Positions 23,991 through 35,162 of a stretch of 60,000 nt of DNA are shown piece by piece. The stretch comes from Vicugna vicugna (lineage: Eukaryota): contig MU057781.1 of the NCBI GenBank assembly GCA_013265495.1, positions 932,001 through 992,000 on the forward strand, given 5' to 3'. Numbering within the stretch: position 1 is the stretch's first letter; the number at the start of each line of letters is the position of its first letter. The position numbers and the translations under genes were made by a program. The notes under the pieces are model-generated. The model worked only from the letters and a program-made list of their open reading frames with translations. It was not told the origin of the DNA and searched no databases.

Positions 23991-26057
23991 CAAGAAAAAG
24001 AAATAAAAGAGATCCAAATTGGAAGGGAAGAAGCAAAATTGTTACTATATGCAGATATCATGATACCATATATAGAAAACCCTGAAATCTCCACACAAAA
24101 ACTATTAGAGTTGATAATGAATTCAGCAAGGTAGCAGGTTACAAGATTAACATACAGAAATCTGTTGCATTTCTTTACACTACCAATGAAATATCAGAAA
24201 AGGAAGGTAAAAAAAAGTCCCTTTAAAAATTGCATGAAAATAATAAAATACTGGGGAATAAACTTGATCAAGGAGGTGAAAGACTTACATACTGAGAATT
24301 ATAAAACATTGATAAAGGAATTTAAAGATGATTTAAAGAAATGGAAAGACACCCCATGCTCTTGGATGGGAAAAATTAATATTGTTAAAATGGTCATATT
24401 ACCCAAGGCAATCTACAAATTTAATGCAATTTCTATCAAATTATCCAGGATATTTTTCATAGAAGTAGAGCAAATAATCTTAAAATTTATATGGAATCAC
24501 AAAAGACCCAGAATTGCCAAAGCAATACTGAAGAAAAAGAATGAAGCTGGAGGAAGACTTCAGACAATACCACAGAGCTACAGTAATCAAAACAGCATGG
24601 TATTGGCACAAAAACAGACATGAATCAATGGAACTGAATAGAGAGGCCAGAAATAAACCCACAGACCTACAGTCAATTAATCTTCGACAAAGGGGGCAGA
24701 AATATACAATGGAATAAAGACAGTCTCTTCAGCAAATGGTGTTGGGAAAACTGGACAGCAGCATGTAAGTCAATGAAGTTAGAACACTCCCGCCACCAAA
24801 CACAAAAATAAACTCAAAATGGCTTAAAAACTTAAATATAAGACAAGACACTATAAACCTCTGAGAAGAAAACATAGGTGAAACATTCTCCAACATAAAT
24901 TTTTGCAGTGTACTAGGCCAGTCTACTGAGGCAATAGAAATAAAAGCAAAAATAAACAAATGGGAATTAATTAAACTTATAAACTTTTGCACAGCAAAGG
25001 CAACCATAAACAAAATGAAAAAGCAACCTACAGAATAAGAAAATATTTGCAAATGACATGACTGACAAGGCCTAACTTCCAGAGTATACAGACAACTCAT
25101 ACAACTCAATAACAAAAAAACAAACAACCCAATAAAAAAAATGGACAGGAAACCTAAACAGACATTTCTCCAAAGAAGACATACAGGTGGCCAATAGGCA
25201 CAGAAAAGATGCTCAACATTGCTAGTTATCAGAGGAATGCAAATCAAAACTACAATGAGGTATCACCTCACACCAATCAGAATGACTGTCATTAACAAGT
25301 CCACAAATGATAAATGCTGGAGAGGGTGTGGAGAAAAGGGAGCCCTCCTGCAGTGCTGGCGGGAATGTAGTTTGGTGCAGCCATTATGGAGCACAGAAGG
25401 AAGATTCCTCAAAAGACTAAAAATAGACTTACCATACGATCCGGCAATCCCACTCCTGGGCATACATCTGGAAAAGATGAAAACTTTAATTCGAAAAGAC
25501 ACAGCACCCCAGCGTTCATAGCAGCACTATTTACAAAAGTCAAGACATGGAAGCAATCTAAATGTTCAGCCCAATGGCTGGATAAAGAAGCTGTGGTATA
25601 TCTATACAATGGAATACTACTCAGCCATAAAAAGAGTGAAATAATGCCATTTGCAGCAACATGGATGGACCTAGACCTAATCATACTAAGTGAAATAAGT
25701 CAGAGAAAGACAGATATATGGTATCACTTATATGTGAAATCTAAAGTATGACACAAGTGAACTTATTTACAAAACAGAGACAAACTCACAGACAGAAAAA
25801 AAGGCTTATGGTTAACAAGGGGAAAGGGAAGAGGGATAAATTAGGAGTTCAGGACTAGCAGATACAAACCACTAAATATAAAATAGATAAACAGCAAGGT
25901 CCTACTATATAGCACAGGGAACTGTATTCAGTATCTTGTAATAACCTAAAATGGAAAAGAACATGAGAAAGGATATATGTATGTGTGCCTGAATCACTCT
26001 GCTGTACGCTGGAAACTAACACAACATTGTGAATCCACTAAACTTCAATTAAAAAAG
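23991..26057 (+). mobile_element. 5'-truncated L1 (about 2.07 kb, relatively young, artiodactyl/camelid type): ORF2 C-terminal half plus 3'UTR, disrupted
   Basis: ORF 24165-24623 ([25 protein letters not shown]...[13 protein letters not shown]) and ORF 25219-25521 ([13 protein letters not shown]...[15 protein letters not shown]) match L1 ORF2. A-rich tail. Degenerate TSD aaattctggccata (23977-23990) / aaatgctggttata (26058-26071). Confidence 0.97.
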
Positions 26058-29000
26058 AAATGCTGGTTATAACCCACCTAGTCGATGTGAGCCAAGTAAT
26101 GGGCCTGCAGGTGGAAAACCCTGTCCAAGGATCCTTGTACCCTGGGGCTCCAGGGGACGTGGAGGTTACCTTGCCTGGAAGGGCGGCAGCGGGGTGTGTG
26201 TGGGAGTCTGGCTGAAGCAGGGGCTCAGAGGGCAAAGCCAGCACCGCAGGCGAGCCCCCGGGGGTGTGAGGGCCAGGCCACGTTTCAGGACAGGCCCCTG
26301 GTCACCCCATGGGATGGCTCGCACTATTCTAGTTTGTGTCCAAGACTGAACCTGTGTGGAGGCGTGGGGTCGGGAGGCGCCTGGGGCCTGACGTCCTGCC
26401 GGTGGCTGTGCCCGTGCATTTACCTGCGCCTGAGCCCGGATGGACATCACCACCGGCTGCGTTTCAGTGGGAAGAACCCGTCTGACCAAGGGGCCTCAGG
26501 ACAGATGTGCAGTGACGTCTCTGAGGAAGGGACCCAAGGAGGGCCGCGGGGCCTCAGAGGAGATGCAGGTGGCCAAGAAGGGTGTGGCTGGGGCCTGGGA
26601 GAGGCCAGGCCGGGAGGTGGGCAGTGGCCTCTACTTCTGTCTTGGAGAAGATTGGTCCCCGTGGGCACTGCGTCCTTCCTGAGTGCTTCTCCTGGACGCT
26701 GGGCAGTGCTGTCTGTCCCCCTAGGTCACTTCTTGCTCCTGGTTCCTGGGCCACTGTTGAGCTCCTGATTTGGGAGAGAAGCGTGGGCCTCCTCATGGAG
26801 CGGTCACCGTGACACTGCACCCCACTGGCCCTGTGGTCTCGTGTGGCCACGTGTTCTCTGTGCATGGTTAACCCGCACAGCTAAGGCTCTGGGCCGGCTT
26901 CCAGAGTTCTCCGTGGGTGGGGGTGGGGGACAGAGTTTGTAAATGTTGTGATTCTCTGTTCCTTAACCACCCGCTGTCGTGTAGGCGCCAGCAGCAGCCC
27001 CGCACGGCGCCGCGGGCTCTGGGCACAGAAGGTGTGGTTTGTGTCCCGTAGTCCTTGGGCACCTGTTGGAGAGCTTCACTGTGTCCCTTGGACTGTCACC
27101 CGGGCTGTTCCCCTAGGGCTGGTCTGTGTCTGCTGGGCCTTCAGTGGTAACCTGAGAAGGTGGCGCTGTGGCTCCGGACGAGCTGCCGCCTCGCGGGCAG
27201 GACGGCAGGATGGAGTGGCCCTCGCCAAAATCAGGGACAGGAACGAATTTCCACGTGGTGGTGACAGCTTCCTTTCAGGAAGCTTCTCTGGGCGTCATTT
27301 CAGCCTGTTACCCATTTCCAGTGTCAGGATCACATGTCTACAGTTTTCCAGCCTTTCTCGCTATTTCTGGGAACTTTCTGCTTCTGGGAGCAGGTGGGAT
27401 TGGAGCAGCCCTGTCCTGTGTGGCCCCGCGCGCGTGGGCCCTGCATGGCACCCCCAGCTTGTCCCTTCACCGCACCCCCCCTCACTTGTTGGTCACCGAT
27501 GCTCCTTCTCTTACTTAATAGTAATTTTGGAAAAGGGCGTGGTTTATGAATTCACTTGATTTGCAAAAGAATGTTTTCTACTTTTTGCTTTGGAAATACG
27601 GTAAGGTTTGTAAAAAGTGAGTGTTCCAGGCATTTGGGAAATACCGGCCTCTCACCCCCCCCCCCCCATCCAGCCTTGTCCCCCGGGACCCCACACCCCC
27701 CTCCCCTGCTGCACCCTGTCTGGGCTGAGGTTGGGGGCACCATTGTGGGCTTGCTGGGCAGGGGACAGTCTAGAGGGGTTGCTCTGGAGAGTGAGCTGGG
27801 GGGAAGGGGCTCCCTGGGGAGGGCGACTGGGGGCAACTGTGCAAGATTAGATGGGGGAAGTCAAGTGACCTCAGGGAGGACTGAGGCTTGCTAAGGCGGG
27901 GGCATGCTGAGGGGCTAGGGCGAGGCCGATTGAGGTCACGCATTCTCTCGGGAGGTCAGGGGCCTGGAGGGGCAGGGCAGCTGCAGGAGGCGTCTAGCGT
28001 AAGGGGAGCGATGTTGTTCCGGAGCAGAGTCCCGCGCCCTCTGTGCCTGGGGGCTGGTGGCCAGGAGAAGGGTCCTGCTGGCTGGAAGCAGCGGATGGTT
28101 CTTGTTTGTTTGTAGACACGTGTGGCCAGGAAGAGCCCCGTCTTGACACTGACCATCTGAGTATTTTGAGAACACAACCGTGATTTGGGGAAAGCACAGA
28201 TTTTTCCAGGCCTACATTTGGAGCAGGATGAGGTGAGGCCCTGCCCGCTCGGAGTCTGCCTCCCAGCTGCTCTGGTCACTGTGCCTCGCTGGGCATCTGG
28301 AGGCCAGGGCCGCGACCCTGTCCGCCTCAGGGCCTCCTCTCTGCTGAGACTCGGCGGGGCAGCTGGCAGTGCTGGGCCCTGAGGAGGAGGCCGCAGGCCG
28401 GGCTGGCGGAGGGTGGGGTGGCCCAGGTGTGGCCTCCAGGTTGCATTATGTGACAAGTGTTCTGGGTTTTCTGTTGTGTTCACATGGTTTGGGGGAGTCG
28501 GTAACTTGGCACCTTGTCAACCCCCGCAGTCTAGCGCCCCCTGCGGGTGCTCCTGACTCCTCAGGAGGGGCCTCACCTGAGTGCTCCGGCAGCTCCCATC
28601 GCTGGGCTCTGGGCGTGGGTCTGGGTGTCGTCCGCGGGCACTCCCGCTGGCTTGTCTGTAGGGGCGGAGACCTGCCGCCTTTCCGCAGGCACACAGCCCT
28701 CACAGCCTGCGGCTTGGTGTGGTGACCCCAAGTCCTGCAGGCACGGCTGGAACCACCTGCCACCCTATCCCCGTCCCAGGTCCCCGTTTGTGATGCCTGC
28801 TCTGGGTGCCGCGATCACTGTCAGGCAGGGAGCCTGAGTGACCGGCAGAGAGCCTGAGGGGGAGGGGCTCAGTCCCCACGGGGTCTTGGCTTGTGTGCCT
28901 GTGTCCACGCTGGGTCCATTTGAACCACGACGGACTTGCTTCCTGCTGCAAAGTGGCTGCAGCCTTGGAAACTGAGGACCTTCACCATATGGCTCAGGGT

Positions 29001-30639
29001 TGGGTGGAGGAGATAGAAGCAGGGGTCTTTGGCCCCCAGGGCTCCACACTGACCTGAGGGCGGGTCACAGGGCTCACCCCACCCAGGGTACCCCCCCTTG
29101 CTTCTTGAGTCCTGGCCAATAGCCCTAGGACACCTCTCTGTCCCTCAGCAGTGTGTGCTGTCCGTTTCAGGGCCGGGACCGCGCGTTGGGTGTTGTGTGT
29201 CTGCTGGGGCATCCCGTGGCAGGCAGGGAGGGCCTCGGTGGTGTGTGAGGTTCCCACTGCACCCTCTGCTCCCCGTGGAGGTTGGGCATCAGGTCGTGGG
29301 GTCTCCAGGTCTGCTCCCTGTGCTCTTGGTTGTGTGGGGGGCATGTGGCAGGGCCACTCCAGCATGGGTGGCGTTGGGTGATGTGGTAATTTCCCACAGG
29401 GAGGGGGTACTGTGCCGGCTGGGCATGGTGCCCCTGGGTGGGGCACACAGAGACCTCAGGATGGGCCAGCGCACAGCCGTTCATGCCTTCTCCCACGTGT
29501 GTGCATCAGAGGCTGCTGGAGGGAAATGCGGGAGAAGGGGGCGGCCCCCCCCCCCGTGCACCGGCGTGGACCTCGAGGGGTGGGGTGGGGCCCTGCTCTG
29601 GTCCTCCCCCACTGCTCCTCAGGCCTGTGAGCTGGTCAGAGGGACAGGGCACAGGGGGCACTTGGGGAGATCTGGCTCCCTTGTACAAGGGCCTGGGGCA
29701 CAGGGGAGAGGTCAAGAGAAGGTGCTGGCCCTTTTCCTCGGGAGGCTGGTGACAGTTGAGGATCTGGCCTCCCTGAGCCTGGTAACGGCAGCGGGTCCAC
29801 CTTGCCAAGTGGAGGGTTCATTGGGCCCGCGCTGGCCATGGGCCTGGGAGATGGGCAGCTGAGGAGCCCCCCAGGGACTGCTGTGTCTCCCCAGGTCATC
29901 AGCCAGGCCCTCAGGACACAGGAGCCCTCCTCCTCGGTGGCCCGACTCCAGCCTGCTGTGCGCAGCTGGCAGGCCGGGGGCTTTGGAGGTAGTCGTGCGT
30001 GTGAAGCAGCCTGCTTGCAGCTGGGGGCCTCACGGGCACCCCAGCGCGCCAGCCCTGTTCCTCCCCAGGTAGGGACCGCAAGAGGCTGGGGGTGGGTGGG
30101 GCACTCAGCACGGCTCAAGGGTGGCTCCGCCCTGATGGCCAGTGAGAAGCAGGGGAGGAGCTGGGGAGGTTTCACATGTGTTTATTTTTTAGGGGCCCTA
30201 TTTTTAGACTTAAGTTATTTTGGACTTCAATTTTAGAATTTTCGAAACTCTCCTGAGACTCAGAACTCGCTTGTCTGATTGTTGGAGGAAGGGTTTTGGG
30301 CCTTGCTGCTCATGACCCTGACCGTCTCAGGCTCCTGGTCTCCTCGTTGTCCCCGCAGCTGTCCAGGGCAATGGGGCCTCTCCACCCGCCCCCCAGCACA
30401 GGCTGCGGGGGTCTCCGGCCCAGAGAGACCCCCCTGCGGTGGGGCTCTCCTCCCAGTGGGGACTTAGCTGGGGTCGGGCTGGGCCCACTTTGCAACTGAC
30501 CTGCCTAGGGCTCCAGGGCTGTGTCGGCCTGGTCCAGCATGGAATTCTGTGCCAGCTGGAAGTGGAAGAAAAAGTCTCCCAGCTCCGGGCAAAGTCATGG
30601 AAAGGACCTCAGAGACCATCAGCTTCAGTACTTCTTTAT

Positions 30640-33520
30640 TTTTAAACTCTTTCCTAACATTTTATTGTAAAACTTCCACCGTGCAGTAAAGTTGGAAGAA
30701 TTTCATTGTCAGCGCGCGTGGACTACCAGCTGGGTTCTGTCATTAAGGCTTTCCCGTGCTTGCTCGGGCGCGTGCTTACCCATCCGCTCATCCGTCAGTC
30801 GCTCTGGGCTTCTGTGCATTTCAGTCAGTGGTCCCAGTGTCCTTCCCGCAATGTGCTTCAGTAGGGATACCGTTTGCTAGAGTTCAGTGTTGGTTTAGGT
30901 TTTGCTTTGATATAAAATTTATGTTCAGTGGAACGTACCAGTTTAAGTGTACATTTGCCAAACTGTGATGAACGCTTGTGTTTAGCCCAAACCATTATCT
31001 AAATACAGCACATGACCATCACTGCAGTGGGCCCCCCGCCCTTCCCCCGGCACCCCCATCCAGGCAGCTCTGGTTCCCCCTCCCGGCTGGCTTTGCCGTC
31101 CGAGGATGTCGCATCAGGGGTGCCCTTGTGCCCCTGCTCTGTCGGAGACTGGCCGGAGTTCCTCCCGCTCCATTGCCAAGGATGCGGGGCCGTTGTCCCG
31201 CGTGGCCGTTAGGGGCGAGGACACCGCGCACGTTTTCGGCAGGTCGTCTTGTGAGCATACTTCCCGCGTCTCTTCGGTAATTCCACCCGGGAGTGGGTCT
31301 GGGGTGTCTGGGGTGGGGATGGGTTTAGTTCGCCAGAAGCTGCCAGAGCTCCTTCCCAAATGGCTCCGCCGTTACACCTCCCTGTTTTGGGTGTGCCTCC
31401 GTCACCATGCTCGGCGCTTCGGTCTGTGTCGTTCTAGCCCTTCTGGGGGTGCAGGGGCATCTCGTTGGTTTCAGCTTGCGTCTCCCTGGTGACTGATGAC
31501 GTCAGGCATCCTTCCAGGTGCCTGCTAGCCATCTGTGGGGGGGCGTTGGTAAAGCATCTGTCGCTGTCTTTCGCCCGTTTTTTGTAGACTGAGTTTGTTG
31601 CGATCACTGAGTTGTAGGAGCTCTTTGTTTACCCTGGATGCCAGTCCTTCGTCAGGCACAAGTCCTGCAAACCATCTCGGGCTGTGGTTTGCCTGTTCGT
31701 GTTCTTAGCGGTGATGTCGGCCACCAGAAGTTCCCGACTGTGACTCCTGCCTGATTCTTGCTTTCCGTGCCCTAAGAAGTCTCTCTACTGCCAGGTCATG
31801 AAGAAGACGTCCTTGCTTCTCTTAGGAACGCTGTGACTTAACCTTCTACATTTGGGTGTTTCATTCATGTCAGATCAGTCGTCTGTGTGACATAGGGTCG
31901 TGGTTGAGATGCGCTTTCCCCACGTGGACGTCAGTGGGTCCACCACCATCACTGCAAGGTTTTGCTCCCCCGTGGATCGCTCTGGCATCTTTGTTGAAAG
32001 TCAGTCTCGATGTGTGTCTGTTCCAAGACTCTGGTCTGCCCCATTGGTCTGTTCACTGAGTTTTCCTCCAGGACCACCTGCCTTGACGACTGTCGTTTGG
32101 TGTTAAGTCCTCTAAGTGTTCTTCTTTGAAGATCGCTGTGTGCGCTCTAGGCCGGCGCACTTCCACGCACGCTTTAGAGTCAGCGCTCAGTCTCCACAGA
32201 GGCTGCGGTGCTGGCTGGCGCCGCCTGAGTCCGTGGGTCAAAGTGGGGGAGCTGGCATCCCAGCCGTTCCGCGGCTTCTGCTTGTGGATGACGCGTCCCT
32301 TCCTTCCTGAGGTCTTTAATCTGTCCTGCAGTGTTTTGTGGTTTTCGGTGCAGAGGGCTTGCACATCTTCTGTTAAATGCATCCCTTTGTGATTCCTGCT
32401 TTTTGCATGCTGCTGTAAATGGCAGTTTTATACATTTTCCAATTGTTTGCTGTTGTTGTAAAGATATGCAGATAAGTTTTCCTGTATCACCCTTGTGTGC
32501 CATGACCTTGCTAAACCGTAGCTTTTCAGAGACCTTAGGACTGGACGTGAGCAGCCGGCATCTGCAGACAGAGCTGTGCGTCCCTCTGCCGGCCTCCCCG
32601 CCCTGCTCAGGGCCTGCAGCCCGGGGGAGGCGGGGGGGGGAGCGTGGGCTGCGGGGCCCTGCTCTGCCGGGGGAGGTGCACACTCGTCCACCGGTAACGG
32701 TGGTGGGGCTGCAGGGGTTCCTTCCCTTCTTTTTTTCAGATGTCCTTTATCAAACCGAGGAAGTTTCCATCTATTATTTTGCTGAGTTTTTTTTAAAACC
32801 ATGAAAGAATGTTGAATGCTGTTAAATGCTTTCTCTTTGTCTGTTGACATGATCCTATAGTTTCTCTCCATTGGTCTGTAAATCTGGTGGAGTACATCAG
32901 GTTTTCAAATGTTAAACCAAGCTGCTGCATTCCTGGGCCACTTGGTCATGTCCTACTCTTTTCCTTACGTCTTTCCGCACTTGGTTTCTGTTTACGTTCA
33001 GGAAAGACATTGGTCCGCGCTTCCTTGCCGCGCCTTTGCGGGTCTCCTGTGTCAGGGCTGCGCTGCCTCACAGAAGACCCTGAGAAGTGCTCTTCCTTCT
33101 GCATTGTCCGAGAGCCGCGCTGCGCAGGCTGCGCCGTTAGAGCCACGTTACACGGGTGCTGTTAGAGGGGTGCTGTGCGGGCGCTGTTTCTGTCTTAAGT
33201 GGCTCACGGAATTCCCTAGCGAGACCGCCTGTGTTCTGTGCAGAGGCTTTGAACACAAGCCCGGTTTCCTTGGCAGGTGGGAGTTCTCTGCTTCGCTGCG
33301 TGGCGCGTTAGTTTCAAGGCCGCCGGAGCGTGTCCGCTTCCCTTGAATTGTCGCCCTTGTGGGTGTGGTGCTCATCCTCTCTTACTACGTTAGTGTCTGT
33401 GTTGGTAGCTCTTCTCTGGTTCCTGATGTTGGTCATTTGTGCCCTTTACCCTTGATCACTCTACCCGGGGGTTTGTCAGCTTTACTGGTCCGTTACGAGC
33501 CAGCGTTCTGTCTGAGCGTC
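30640..33520 (-). mobile_element. Old L1M (L1MC/MD/ME-like) relic(s), 3'UTR through ORF2 RT, GC-shifted
   Basis: Minus-strand ORF starts MERNYRIMSTDKEKAFNSIQHSFM and MHLTEDVQALCTENHKTLQ are L1 ORF2 motifs. Antisense 3'UTR motifs near 30660 and 30910. Confidence 0.85.
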
Positions 33521-35132
33521 GCTGCATCAGAGCACAGAGGGGTGGGTGGCAGCCGCTTTCCGCTCAGGCCTCCCCGCCTGTGCGGGGCTGCTGAGTTTTG
33601 TAGGTTGGAGTGGAGGGTCCCGGCACCATTTTAACATTTCCAGTGTAAAATTTGGCTCATTTAAAAACCAAAGTGAATGGAGACAAGGTCCCCGCGGCTG
33701 AGCGCTGGCCCTGGTCAGCCCTGGAAGACTGTCCTGCCGCCCTGCCCATGGTCTGACTGCTGCCTGTGTCTGCCTGAGGCTGAGTGGTGCAGCTGGGGTC
33801 GCCGGCGGGGCCCCCCCGGGCACGGCCCTGGCCTGACCAGGCGGGCCCTCTCCCACCTTTCCCGTGCCTGGGGCTGCGCTGGTGCTCCTCACTCTCCCCG
33901 CTGCTCCCCCCGAGCTCTGCGCTTGTGTCCCTTTCCCCGGGGACGTGCTCCTCCTGTGGGGCCGGTCTGCAGCCCGCAGCAGCCTTGCTCCCAGGACGCC
34001 TTTCCCTGCCGTAAGCCGGGCTGCACACTGTGGCAGGGGCAGCGGCGTTTGGGTGATGCCCGGAGGGCTCATGTCCCCAGGGCCCCAGGTGATGGCTTCA
34101 GTCTGTCGTGATCAGGGCTGGCCATGGGTCCCCGAAGTCCAGCATCTGTGTTCATGCTGGATGAGGGATGGTGCCGCGGGGTGGAGAGCCTGTCATTGAG
34201 GACGGGGTGTCCTGCAGGAGAGCCGTGTCGAGGCCCCCTGGCCGTCTCGGGGCTGGGCTGTCCTCCCTGCAGGACCTGCAGAGCTGTTGGGAGGCGCTGC
34301 GTTTCTCACGCCTGTGCTTCTTCCCATCCGTCCTCCGCCACCTCTGGCTCTCCTGCTGCACCTGGGTCCTCCAGCACAAGTCACGCCCTGCCCTCCGCGA
34401 GGGGCCCGCAGACCGACCCACAGGGCGTCACCTGGACCGTCACCTCCTTGTGAGGTCGTGCCAGCCTGTCCACCTTCCTCGCCCAGTCTGCGCACGGCTG
34501 CCTGCCTCTCCCCGGAATCCCACGGGGACTTCATCCTCGCCACGCAGTCAGCAGTGTACCCGCCTGTCACTTGTCCTGCGGGCGTGGGGGCTGCCTGACT
34601 GAGCAGCCGCAGTGGATGGCCTGCTGGAAGAGCAGGTGACTGGGGGCAGGTGACTGTGAGGCCGTTGACGGTGTGGGGAGGGGTCTGAGGTTCTCAGGGT
34701 GACGGCAGCTGCTGTATTTCTGGGCTTCCCCTCTTCCTGAATTTCCCAAGGTTTCTGAAATGAGTATGATTCTGTTTTGAAAAGAAGCTGCCTTATGAAT
34801 TGTCCAGAAAGGCATCGGTGCCCTGACTCCCTCTTAAGAAGTGGCTGGACCCCCACCCCGGCTCTACCCCAGGCAGCCCCCTGACCCCTTGGGGTTTTCT
34901 TCTGGTGTCTGCCAGTGTTCCTGAATGCAGGCTCACACCTGGGGTTTGTGACCTTATGTGGACTGTCCTGCTCTGCCCGCAGGCCGCCCCCACCGCCGAC
35001 CTGCTCTGGTCTAGCGCAGTTTGGGGTTGGGTCTCCATCAGGTCTGAGGTCGTGGGCACCAAGTGCACATTATTCACAGCTTAGCCGTGTGTTCTGCTCT
35101 CATTTTATCTCTTCACAGTCTCCTTTTTATTA

Positions 35133-35162
35133 GAACAAAACAAAACAAAACAAAACAAAACA
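35133..35162. repeat. (CAAAA)n microsatellite
   Basis: aacaaaacaaaacaaaacaaaacaaaaca. Confidence 0.95.

Noticed and set aside
24165..25751. L1 ORF2 fragments as functional genes
   Set aside because: 5'-truncated, frameshifted and interrupted by stops; the zinc-knuckle His appears replaced by Gln.
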